From NCBI GenBank assembly GCA_038128265.1, contig JAYPJE010000041.1:1-38466 (forward strand): DNA of 38,466 bases, given 5' to 3'. The translations under genes and the position numbers were made by a program. The notes under the pieces were generated by a model. It was not told the origin of the DNA, did not search any database, and worked only from the letters and a program-made list of their open reading frames with translations. Below are positions 19,620 through 28,160 of the stretch, one piece after another. The DNA is from Gemmatimonadota bacterium (lineage in GTDB: Bacteria > Latescibacterota > UBA2968 > UBA8231). Numbering within the stretch: the stretch's first letter is position 1; each line of letters opens with the position of its first letter.

Positions 19620-20630
19620 TTGACCTTAGCCATAGACCAGACAAGAGCGGCCGCATGGGCTGAACCCATTGTTGGCCGGCCGATCGTCGCCGATGGGCGT
19701 CACAATGCCTTTGCCGCTTTTATCGAATGGCAGGGCCGCTATTGGCTTGCGCATCGCCGTGGCAGTGGCCACATCGCGCGCGATGGCGTGCTCGTCGTCC
19801 GCGTTTCAAAGGACCTGCTCACGTGGCAAGAGGTAGCGGTCTTCGATACGGGGGCCGATGATCGCGATGCGCAGTGGGTTGTTTTCGGCGGCCGGCTGTG
19901 GCTCTACTTCAACAGTTTGGCAGACGGTCTCTTCGCCATCTACGCCAGTTGCACAGAAGATGGCTCCGAATGGAGCGACCCGCAGCGAGTCTATCAGGAC
20001 GGCTTTATCCTGTGGAAGCCCATCGAGCACGAAGAGCGGCTCTATGCGAGTGCGCACCGTCCGGGCACCGACGCGGAGCGCTGTGCGCGGCTGGTCTGTT
20101 CCGACGACGGAATCCATTGGGAAACGATAAGCACCATCCGCGCCGGCCGCGGCGAGAGCGAGACGGCCCTACTCTTTGCACCGGGAGGGCATCTGACCGC
20201 CTTTTTACGCGACCAGATGCACATAGGGGGAGCCATCTTAGAGGCCGCACCTCCGTATACGCAGTGGCAGGAGAGGGCCGCCGGCGTTCATTTATCGGGT
20301 CACGCCGTCTATGAATTTGCCGGTGTCACATACGTATTTTCGCGCGTGTTCGCCTGTGAAACGCCGCTAGATGCCTCGGCCCCGCGCGCAGCCTTGCCGC
20401 AAGCGGTGCACCAGGGCACGATCGCCTATACGTATGAAAACGGCACGCTGGTGCCCTATCGTTTGCTCGGTCCACTCCAGGGAAACCACGATGCATCGTA
20501 TGCTACTGCCATTGTGCGGGATGGTGCCCTATGGGCCGTTTTTCACCGCGCCCGTCACGAATATGCCGGTCCCTTTCGCCTCGAGGATGCGGCGGACCTG
20601 CTGCTGGCCCGTGTGCCGCTCAAGCGCTAG
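19620..20630 (+). CDS. BNR/Asp-box (exo-alpha-sialidase-like) beta-propeller protein
   Basis: DGRHNAF, DDRDA, Asp-boxes TEDGSEW and SDDGIHW, ETALLF, DASYA; start uncertain. Confidence 0.7.
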   Translation: MTLAIDQTRAAAWAEPIVGRPIVADGRHNAFAAFIEWQGRYWLAHRRGSGHIARDGVLVVRVSKDLLTWQEVAVFDTGADDRDAQWVVFGGRLWLYFNSLADGLFAIYASCTEDGSEWSDPQRVYQDGFILWKPIEHEERLYASAHRPGTDAERCARLVCSDDGIHWETISTIRAGRGESETALLFAPGGHLTAFLRDQMHIGGAILEAAPPYTQWQERAAGVHLSGHAVYEFAGVTYVFSRVFACETPLDASAPRAALPQAVHQGTIAYTYENGTLVPYRLLGPLQGNHDASYATAIVRDGALWAVFHRARHEYAGPFRLEDAADLLLARVPLKR

Positions 20631-20862
20631 CGGTCGATGGCAAGCACTCCCAGTTGCTGCGAGTCAGATGGCTCGAAAAGCGATGGGAAAAAGCGATGCG
20701 GATCGCCCGGGGCAGCCAGCAGTTGCGCCGGGCGCGGCGTCCGTTCGAAATCGGATGGGGGCTGCACGTACGCGTTGATCCAGACCAGGTTAACAACGCT
20801 GTATTTGTAGAGCAGGACTCGGCGCCGGTGCACCAATTTCTAAGCCGCGAACCAGACGGCGA

Positions 20863-22149
20863 TCAGCTCCGATCGTAGGGGCGCACCAATCCCAGCGCTT
20901 CGCGGTTTAGCTCGAGCCCGAAGCCCGGCGTATCGGGCAGGGTGATATAGCCGTTTTCTGGCAGCGGTTCGTTGGTGAACACGGCGCCGAAGTTGGGCTC
21001 GATCGAATCGCCCTGCTCGCTCATCATCATAAATTCGGCTAGGTTGATCGACTCAAAGGCCATGGCCATATAGTAGCCGTAGACGCCGCAGCCGTGCGGC
21101 ACGACGGCCACGCCCTGCGCATTGGCCTGCGCGACGATGCGCGAAAATTCGGTTGGTCCGCCCATCCACATAACGTCAGGTTGGAGCAGGCCGACGCCGG
21201 CCTCGATAAGCTGCTGGTAGCCGTAGCGCGTGTATTCGTGCTCGCCGGTGGCAAAGTACGTCGTCGTGCCCAAGCCTTCAAAGCGGTCGGCGAGCTTGGC
21301 GTGGGACGCGTAGTCGTCGGGCATAAACGGTTCCTCGATCCACTTTAGATTAAACGGCATCAGCACGCGCGCTAGTTCGGCAGCATACTGCAGGTCGAGC
21401 GCCATATAGCAGTCGAGCATCAGCGGAAAGTCAGGGCCGACCTTTTCGCGCCAGTCGCCGATAAATTCTACGTTTTTGCGCATGCCCCGCGGCCCGTCAG
21501 CCGGTCCGTAGGGCAGGGGAATCTTAGCTCCCGGGAAGCCGAGGTCTTGGGCCAGATCGGGTCGCGATGTGGTTGCGTAGACCGGTATGCGCTGCTTGGT
21601 TCTGCCGCCCATTAGGTTGTATACTGGCTCGCCGAGCGTGCGGCCGCACAGGTCCCACAGGGCCAAGTCGATGGCGGAAATGGCGTGCACGCCCAAGCCT
21701 TTCCTACTGTAGTGAATGGAAGCGCGCCACATCTGCTCCCATATAAGGGAGCGCTCCAGCGCGCTGCGTCCTTCGACAAACATCGACAGGTGCTGTTCGA
21801 TGATATAGGCCGCCGCTTCGCCTCCCGTGCTAGCGCCGATACCTATGTGGCCGGCCTCATCTTCGATTTCGACGATCACCGTCGGCACGCGCGCTACGCC
21901 CCAGGAGGCGCGCGAGCCTGCATATTGGGGATAGCGGGACATCGGGTTGGTAATGGGCGGGTGCGTCGTCACGTGGTCCCAGCCGCCGTCGGCATCGGTC
22001 AAACCGAGAATCCAATGCGTATCGGACGTATCGTGCACGTCGCTGGCACCGTAGTCTTCGCTGCGCGATACGTAGGCACGCACCGCGCGGATCTTTGGAT
22101 GGCGTGGGTTGGGCATTACATCTTCGTTGGGTGCGATATACAGGGACAT
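20863..22149 (-). CDS. rhmD: L-rhamnonate dehydratase-like enolase superfamily enzyme
   Basis: ITNPMSRYPQYAGSRASWG, KIPLPYGPADG, LMLDCYM, WIEEP, TGEHEYT, QPDVMW, VPHG. Confidence 0.85.
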   Translation of the reverse strand: MSLYIAPNEDVMPNPRHPKIRAVRAYVSRSEDYGASDVHDTSDTHWILGLTDADGGWDHVTTHPPITNPMSRYPQYAGSRASWGVARVPTVIVEIEDEAGHIGIGASTGGEAAAYIIEQHLSMFVEGRSALERSLIWEQMWRASIHYSRKGLGVHAISAIDLALWDLCGRTLGEPVYNLMGGRTKQRIPVYATTSRPDLAQDLGFPGAKIPLPYGPADGPRGMRKNVEFIGDWREKVGPDFPLMLDCYMALDLQYAAELARVLMPFNLKWIEEPFMPDDYASHAKLADRFEGLGTTTYFATGEHEYTRYGYQQLIEAGVGLLQPDVMWMGGPTEFSRIVAQANAQGVAVVPHGCGVYGYYMAMAFESINLAEFMMMSEQGDSIEPNFGAVFTNEPLPENGYITLPDTPGFGLELNREALGLVRPYDRS

Positions 22150-22203
22150 AGACGTTTTCCTCTGTTGAGTTCAAGGGGACCAACGGCGAGCCGTAGTCAT
22201 CGA

Positions 22204-23772
22204 TTAGAAAAAGCGGTTGTGCAGTCGGACTTCTATGCCTTCGAATCCCAATATTTCGTAGCAGGTGCCCGACGTACAGGCCAGTCCCGCGCGCCGCTGG
22301 CCTGCAAACAGGTTTAGATTGTGGTCGGTTCCCAAATCGGCATTGAGGGTTAAACCGCGCCACCACGTGGTACCAGAGGGGTCGGCACCGGTGGCCAATA
22401 TGTCTGTGCTGCGTTCGAGCTGTACGGCGGCGGAAATACCCGAAGATCGGTGCGCAGCCACGTTAAAGTAGAGATTGTTGTAGGGATATTTCGAGGAGCC
22501 GAAACGCCGGTCGACCTTTTGGAACTGCACATCGAACTCGAGCGTATACTGCGGATTAGCGGACCAGGTCCACAGCGTTCCAAGGATGCGGTGTCGCTGG
22601 TCGTCGAGAATCTGGTTGCGATTAAAGTCGACGAAAAACTGGGCCTCGACGAACTCGCCCAGAGGTGAGTTGAGCTGCAGAAAGAGTTCGCGCAGACTTC
22701 TGTCGTCCGCCGTGCCGGGCATCAGTTGGCGCACGGCACGCGTCCAGTTGACGGTGAGAATGTGCCCGCCGTTGGACGTATAGCTCAATTCGCCTTGGAA
22801 ACCGCGTTCGTCGTCGGCCAGCAGGTCGTGCGTAATGCGATTGAGCAGGTAGGCGGCGTGTTCGCGAATCAGCGGGGGTGGGTTATTAATCTGAGTGAGG
22901 GCGAAGTCGCGGTAATCCTTGAACTCGAAGCTGAGTCCCCACGGTCCACTCGCCACGGTCGTAGATAAATAGAGCGCGCGACCTAAATCGCGGTCGAGCG
23001 AGAAAAAGCGCGCGGCTTCGGGATCGCGCTGTGCGTATTCACCATAGACATCGGCATCGATTTTGGGCAGGCCGAGGTCGGCCAGCAAGCGCGCGAGGCG
23101 CAGGCGAACGCTGAGGGCCGCCCCCACTTCGCGCCGATTGCCGACGTCGTAGTGCAGCAGGCTCAAGCCGGTATCCAAGTATCGACGGGGCCGCAGCGTG
23201 AGCGAGCCGCCCTGGATGGTGCCCTGGCGGCGGTCAACTGCCTTGAGCCCGGGCGGCAGGTCGGAATTGACCGGCGTGCCGCGCAGGAGCTGTAGGTGGC
23301 CCCATGGCTTGTTATAGCGCACGTGGAATCCGTCGAGGTCACTGACGATTTGATAGCGTTGCCGCCTGCTGCGCTCTTCGGTAAGGACGCCAGGTAATTC
23401 GAATGCGTGTGCGAGCAGGCCGCTGCCGACAATGGTATAGAAATGGCCCAACGTCGCCTGCAAGGGACCGCGGCGGTAGGATGCGAAGCGCTGGAGAATT
23501 TCGCCGTAGTGGCGGCCGGGTTCGCTCGAGCCAAAGGTTTCAGCGCGGATACCCACGCGGACGTCGTTCAGCGCATAGCCGAAGTTGAGCTGGTAATACA
23601 GAGTGCGAAGGTCGTTCGGTTCTTCGCCGGGCAGGTTGCCGATCTGTAATTCGTTCAGGCTCGAAAGCTGCAATTGAGCCTGAAGAGGAGTGGCTAGCAG
23701 CGCGGCGATAAGGAGCAGAATGGATGAGCTGAGAGAGCGCCTTGGGTGCGTCTCGTTGGATGGGTCGCGCAT
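22204..23772 (-). CDS. DUF6029-like outer-membrane beta-barrel protein with C-terminal CxxGxC motif
   Basis: Signal peptide ending LQA; amphipathic beta-strands; GHFYTIVGSGLL, EFKDY, NNPPPLIREH, ERGFQGEL; C-terminal GLACTSGTC...FEG and terminal Phe. Confidence 0.75.
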   Translation of the reverse strand: MRDPSNETHPRRSLSSSILLLIAALLATPLQAQLQLSSLNELQIGNLPGEEPNDLRTLYYQLNFGYALNDVRVGIRAETFGSSEPGRHYGEILQRFASYRRGPLQATLGHFYTIVGSGLLAHAFELPGVLTEERSRRQRYQIVSDLDGFHVRYNKPWGHLQLLRGTPVNSDLPPGLKAVDRRQGTIQGGSLTLRPRRYLDTGLSLLHYDVGNRREVGAALSVRLRLARLLADLGLPKIDADVYGEYAQRDPEAARFFSLDRDLGRALYLSTTVASGPWGLSFEFKDYRDFALTQINNPPPLIREHAAYLLNRITHDLLADDERGFQGELSYTSNGGHILTVNWTRAVRQLMPGTADDRSLRELFLQLNSPLGEFVEAQFFVDFNRNQILDDQRHRILGTLWTWSANPQYTLEFDVQFQKVDRRFGSSKYPYNNLYFNVAAHRSSGISAAVQLERSTDILATGADPSGTTWWRGLTLNADLGTDHNLNLFAGQRRAGLACTSGTCYEILGFEGIEVRLHNRFF

Positions 23773-23818
23773 TGCGACAATATATAGAACGGGATCTCTT
23801 CGGCAAAGCGCCGATTTT

Positions 23819-23838
23819 TTCGCGGTTTAAACCGCGAA
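23819..23838. promoter_or_regulatory. Perfect 20-bp palindrome, candidate operator in divergent promoter region
   Basis: TTCGCGGTTTAAACCGCGAA is its own reverse complement; TATACT (-10-like) at 23846-23851. Confidence 0.55.
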
Positions 23839-23896
23839 GTACGCGTATACTTAGGGGACGATCGAACACCGTATGCTGGGAGTTGAATACGCTGCT

Positions 23897-24388
23897 ATGA
23901 GAAGGGTTGCTATCATTGCGCTGTGCTTGTTGATAGGCAGTATCGCCAGAGCGGAGAAAGCACCGCAGCTGGTGCTGGAAAATATAGACGGATCGACGTT
24001 CTCGCTGGCCGAGGCGCTACAAGCGGGGCCGGTCGTCTTTGATTTCTGGGCGACTTGGTGCAAGCCATGTATCAAGGGGCTGCCCAAGATGCAAGCGGTA
24101 GCCAGCGCCTATGAGAAGCGGGGCGTGCAGGTGCTGACGATCAACGTCGATGGTCCGCGCAACCGACCCAAGGTGCGCCCTTTTATGCAGCGCTACAAAA
24201 TCGACCTGCCCGTTTTGCTCGACGATACAAACGAGGTATTGCCATTGTTTCACCTGGCGGGGGTGCCGGCTTCGTTGATCATAGCATCCGATGGAACGGT
24301 GTTTTACAAGCACGAGGGCTATCGGCCTGGAGACGCGGATAAGCTCAGGGAAAAGCTGGACGAATTGTTGATTCTTGAGGAGAAGTAA
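23897..24388 (+). CDS. TlpA/ResA-family thiol-disulfide oxidoreductase, exported
   Basis: Signal peptide ending ARA; DFWATWCKPC; GVP cis-Pro loop; start MRRVA at 23897 (alternative 23873). Confidence 0.93.
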   Translation: MRRVAIIALCLLIGSIARAEKAPQLVLENIDGSTFSLAEALQAGPVVFDFWATWCKPCIKGLPKMQAVASAYEKRGVQVLTINVDGPRNRPKVRPFMQRYKIDLPVLLDDTNEVLPLFHLAGVPASLIIASDGTVFYKHEGYRPGDADKLREKLDELLILEEK

Positions 24389-24391
24389 ACC

Positions 24392-25222
24392 ATGCGCATA
24401 ATACGAGTTATTCTAGCCTCGGTTCTAGTGTCCACGCTGGCTGTTGCCCAGTCGCGGGTGGGCGAACCGGCGGCTGATTTCACGCTGCAGTCGTTGGAAG
24501 GGGATGCGGTTTCCCTAAGCGATTTTAAAGGCCAGGTGGTGTTCATTAACTTCTTTGGCTTTAACTGACCCTTCTGTATCGCGGAGGCCGCGAAAGTAGA
24601 AAATATCTGGCGTGAGTTTGCCTCAGATCACTTCCAAACCATCGGCTTGGACATGTATGATGGTCGGGTCGATCAGGTGCGGATTCAGTTTAAAGAGAAT
24701 ACCGGAACGACGTATCCCCTGCTATTAGAAGCCAGCTCGGTTGGGCCGCTATATGGTCTTGGGCGCGACTTTTATATGGTGATCGACCACCGTGGAATCG
24801 TGCGCTACCGCACCACTGACGGCGTCGGTCTGGGCGCGCGCTTTGATGAGGCCAGCATTCGCGCGGCGATTGCAGAGGCGTTAGACGAACTGGCCCAGGA
24901 GCAAGCGGCCGCTACGGCCGTAGCGGAAGAAGAGGGCGTGCCGGATGCCTTTGGATGGATGATCAACTATCCCAACCCGTTCAACGCCAGCACGGCCATT
25001 CACTTTAACTTGGCACAGGCCAAACCAGTTACGCTGGACATCTACGATGTGCGGGGCCAATGGGTCCGGCGCCTGTGGCATGGACCGCTGGAAGCTGGAG
25101 AGCACCAAATGCACTGGGATGGACGCGATGATCGGGGATTTGCGGCAGCGACCGGTACCTATCTGGGCTGGCTCCGATCCGCCGAAGAGACCCAAGTGCA
25201 GAAAATGCTGCTTCTGCGCTGA
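24392..25222 (+). CDS. Selenocysteine-containing TlpA/peroxiredoxin-like redoxin (UPFC) with signal peptide and C-terminal FlgD-Ig/T9SS-type-A-like domain, 276 aa
   Basis: GAGGAG RBS at 24377-24382; ATG 24392; MRIIRVILASVLVSTLAVAQSRVGEPAADFTLQSLEGDAVSLSDFKGQVVFINFFGFN-(TGA 24566-24568)-PFCIAE continues in frame into the 24647..25222 ORF; C-terminus NYPNPFN...WDGRDDRG...GTY...KMLLLR. Confidence 0.88.
24572..24601 (+). promoter_or_regulatory. Putative bacterial SECIS element
   Basis: Upper stem TCGCGG(24579-84)/CCGCGA(24588-93) with AGG loop beginning 16 nt after the UGA; lower stem TTCTGT(24572-77)/GTAGAA(24596-601). Confidence 0.75.
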
Positions 25223-25273
25223 GCGAACGCCTGATCATATTGTTTAACTTCACGAGATCGAAGTGAGTAGACC

Positions 25274-26086
25274 ATGGAAAAGTTGCCCATTAGCGCAGCC
25301 GTACGACGCCTTACACAAGCGGAAGTAGAACAATTTGACGAATGGGGCTATGTGCAGGGCTTGCCGGTGTTCGATGCCGCAGCCGTTCCCCATTTGCAGA
25401 AGCGGCTGCACGAACTCGAAGCAGGCATGCCAGACGACGTGCCGATCAGCTCGGTCAATATGTGGCATAAAGCCAATCGCTGGATTTACGACCTCGCCCG
25501 CACTCCGGCCATCTTGGACTATGTAGAAGATCTGATTGGCCCCGATTTTTTTCAGTGGGGTGGCGGTTTCTTTGTCAAGTATCCCGGCGAGGGTAACTTT
25601 GTTCCCTGGCATCAAGACTCACAGTATTGGCCGCTGTCGCCGCGTAAAACCATTACCGCGTCGCTGGCATTTTACGACGGCACGCGCGAAAACGGCGCCA
25701 TGCAGGTCCTGCGCGGTAGCCATCGTTTAGGGCAGATTCCCCACCACGACGTAGCCGGCGAGGAGTATATGCTGGGCCAGGAGATAGATGCCGATCGAAT
25801 CGACGAGAGCCAGGCCGTTGCCATCGAGCTCAAAGCAGGCGAAATCTCGCTGCACGACGAAGCGCTGGCGCACGGCTCTGGGCCCAATGGCGGCGCCGCG
25901 CCCCGCGCCGTGCTAACCATGCGTTTCAGCCCAACCGAAGTCAAAGCAGATCTCGGCGTGTGGCCTACGTTCGAAAGTTCGATGGCGCGTGGAGTGGATC
26001 GCTATCGGCACAATCCGGAGGCAAAAATCCCCACCGGCGATAACTGTCCCGTGCGCAGTTTTCAGCTCTCTGCCGAATTTGCCTGA
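25274..26086 (+). CDS. Phytanoyl-CoA dioxygenase (PhyH) family Fe(II)/2OG oxygenase
   Basis: QFDEWGY, VPWHQDSQYW, ENGAMQVLRGSH, LKAGEISLHD..LAHGSGPN..R. Confidence 0.92.
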   Translation: MEKLPISAAVRRLTQAEVEQFDEWGYVQGLPVFDAAAVPHLQKRLHELEAGMPDDVPISSVNMWHKANRWIYDLARTPAILDYVEDLIGPDFFQWGGGFFVKYPGEGNFVPWHQDSQYWPLSPRKTITASLAFYDGTRENGAMQVLRGSHRLGQIPHHDVAGEEYMLGQEIDADRIDESQAVAIELKAGEISLHDEALAHGSGPNGGAAPRAVLTMRFSPTEVKADLGVWPTFESSMARGVDRYRHNPEAKIPTGDNCPVRSFQLSAEFA

Positions 26087-26179
26087 GCGGTTTAAGTAGA
26101 CCGGGCTTGGTGCCAATAGGACAGGTTTGATGCCGCGGATTGACGAACGCACGCATTATTTTTCGCCAGAGCGACCTCT

Positions 26180-27211
26180 GTGATGGACGACGCGATTAAC
26201 AGCGCGCGCAGTGAATGGGACGATCGCGTCGATTGGCCTACGGTCACGGTAATCATCGTTACCCGCGATCGCCACGAAGCGGCCGAAAAGGCCGTCGCTT
26301 CGGTTTTGGGGGTCGACTACCCGGCCGAAAAACTGGAAGTCGTCGTGGTCGAAGAGACGGATCAGCCGCAGCCCATTGCCGGTGACCGCATCCGCTATGT
26401 AGCGATTCCGATGCGCAACCTCGGTCTGGGTTTTGCGCGCAACCAGGGCGTCAAGCACGCGGGTGGAGCGGTGTTGGCCTTTACGGACGACGACTGTTTG
26501 GTGCATCGCAACTGGCTGCGCGAATTGGTGGGGCCGCTGTTTGCGGAAGGCGTTGCGGCAACGGCCGGTGCCGTGTTGGTGCCCGCCTGCGGTCCGGTGG
26601 GAGAGTGCGAGAATATTCTCGGTTTTCCGGGAGGGGGCGTGAAGTTTGTAGAGCAGGCGAGAGGCAAGACTGTGCCGCGCGAGACCTTTTCCACCTGCAA
26701 CTGTGCGGTATACCGCTGGGCTGTAGAAGAGGTGGGTGGTTTTCGCGAGTTTAATAGGTCGAGCGGTGAAGACGAACTGCTCAGTCGACAGATATCATCT
26801 CGTCATACGCTGCTGTATACGCCGCATGCCATCGTCTGGCACGAGCCTCGCGACCGCATCGGTAAAGTGTTCCACTGGCTCGTCCGCCGCGGCCACAGTC
26901 GCGTAGAAATGGCTCAGAACGTTTCCAACAAAAGACAGCTCTATGGCAAAATGGTCGTCCAATCGCCCACCGTGCGGTTGGCCCTGGGCACGCTGGCAGG
27001 CGCCGCGGTCGGTGTGCCGCTGGTTGCCATGCCCGTAGCGCTAGTTTTCCTCTACTATGCCAGCGTTCTCCATCGCTATCGCTGGAGCCGGCGCCATCAC
27101 CGCTCGTGGAAGACCTTTCTGCTCTTGCCTTGGGTGAAGGCGGTGATGGATGTAGCTATGGATATCGGCACGGTGGAGAAATTGCTAGCGCGCCAGAAAT
27201 CGAAGGAGTAG
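26180..27211 (+). CDS. Glycosyltransferase family 2
   Basis: PTVTVIIVTRDR, ARNQGV, AFTDDDC (DxD), VGGF, GED; C-terminal TM segments. Confidence 0.92.
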   Translation: MMDDAINSARSEWDDRVDWPTVTVIIVTRDRHEAAEKAVASVLGVDYPAEKLEVVVVEETDQPQPIAGDRIRYVAIPMRNLGLGFARNQGVKHAGGAVLAFTDDDCLVHRNWLRELVGPLFAEGVAATAGAVLVPACGPVGECENILGFPGGGVKFVEQARGKTVPRETFSTCNCAVYRWAVEEVGGFREFNRSSGEDELLSRQISSRHTLLYTPHAIVWHEPRDRIGKVFHWLVRRGHSRVEMAQNVSNKRQLYGKMVVQSPTVRLALGTLAGAAVGVPLVAMPVALVFLYYASVLHRYRWSRRHHRSWKTFLLLPWVKAVMDVAMDIGTVEKLLARQKSKE

Positions 27212-27214
27212 GCC

Positions 27215-28021
27215 GTGATCTCCAGTGAACAGTTCGACCAATACGATCGCGACGGGTATATCATTTTGGAAGATCTGATTAAGCCCGACCAGTTGGACGA
27301 AGTCAGGAAGAGCTACGAGGAGACGATCGCGGCCGCCCTAGCGCTGGGACGAGCGGAGCGCGACGAGAGCACCCAAGCTCTGAAAGGTCATCGGTTTCAG
27401 AATCCGCATCATCCGACCTTGGCTCGCAGGCCTCTGATGGAGGCCATGGGGTCTCCGAATCTAATCGAATTTGCAGACCACATCTGCGGCGGGGATCTGG
27501 CGATGCTGGGTATTGCGGCGTTCGCCATGGATGAGTCATACGACTACGTGCCCCATTGGCATCGAGATTCGTATGCGGCGTGGGGTAAGGATTCGCCCGA
27601 GGAGCTGCGGGTGCGGCATATGGAGAGCATGCCGGCGACTCAGGTGCTGCTGGCCCTGGAAGACGATCCCTCTTTCTGGTTTGTCCCCGGTTCGCACAAC
27701 CGGGCGAATACTGCCCTTGAGGAAGCGCGTTTTGAAGAGGGTCGAACGGGGTGGCAGGAGCTGTTCGAAGGCGCCGTGCAGCTCGGCGTTCGGGCGGGCA
27801 GTGCGGTGCCCTTTGACGCGCGGGGAATCCACCGTGGACTGAAGCGCCCAGGGGTCAGGCGGCGCTCGCTCTTTATCGTGTACGGCACGCCGGAAGAGGC
27901 GAGACATTCGACCATTACTGGATGGGCACGCGAGGCGGACTATGCGGAGGCAGCGTACCTCAACGCACTGCCAGATGGTTTTCGCCGCGCGGTGGAAAAA
28001 ACGATTGCGGCCGTCAGGTAG
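27215..28021 (+). CDS. Phytanoyl-CoA dioxygenase (PhyH) family protein
   Basis: YDRDGYII, WHRD, FVPGSH, AGSAVPFD..GIHRG, RRSL. Confidence 0.88.
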   Translation: MISSEQFDQYDRDGYIILEDLIKPDQLDEVRKSYEETIAAALALGRAERDESTQALKGHRFQNPHHPTLARRPLMEAMGSPNLIEFADHICGGDLAMLGIAAFAMDESYDYVPHWHRDSYAAWGKDSPEELRVRHMESMPATQVLLALEDDPSFWFVPGSHNRANTALEEARFEEGRTGWQELFEGAVQLGVRAGSAVPFDARGIHRGLKRPGVRRRSLFIVYGTPEEARHSTITGWAREADYAEAAYLNALPDGFRRAVEKTIAAVR

Positions 28022-28160
28022 GTTGTTGTGTTGCTGCGGTCAGGCGCAGATGGTCGCTAAATGAATGGGCGCTGGCTTTGCGCACAAAAGCTGTAAATGT
28101 CAGGCGCGATAGCCACCAAGCCGTCCCGACTAGTGCGGCTGCGCCCGTGCCATATGGGGT

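Noticed and set aside
20627..20836. 69-aa minus-strand ORF filling the gap between convergent genes
   Set aside because: TTG start, no clear RBS and no recognisable motif; cannot be supported, though not excluded
24566..24568. Nonsense mutation (pseudogene) or genome-wide TGA reassignment
   Set aside because: The TGA sits exactly at the catalytic Cys position with a SECIS-like hairpin and no other lesions; TGA acts as a normal stop at natural protein ends (25222, 32997, 34350)
24647..25222. 191-aa ORF as a stand-alone gene
   Set aside because: It starts in the middle of a thioredoxin fold; the signal peptide, RBS and active site lie upstream in the same frame across the TGA
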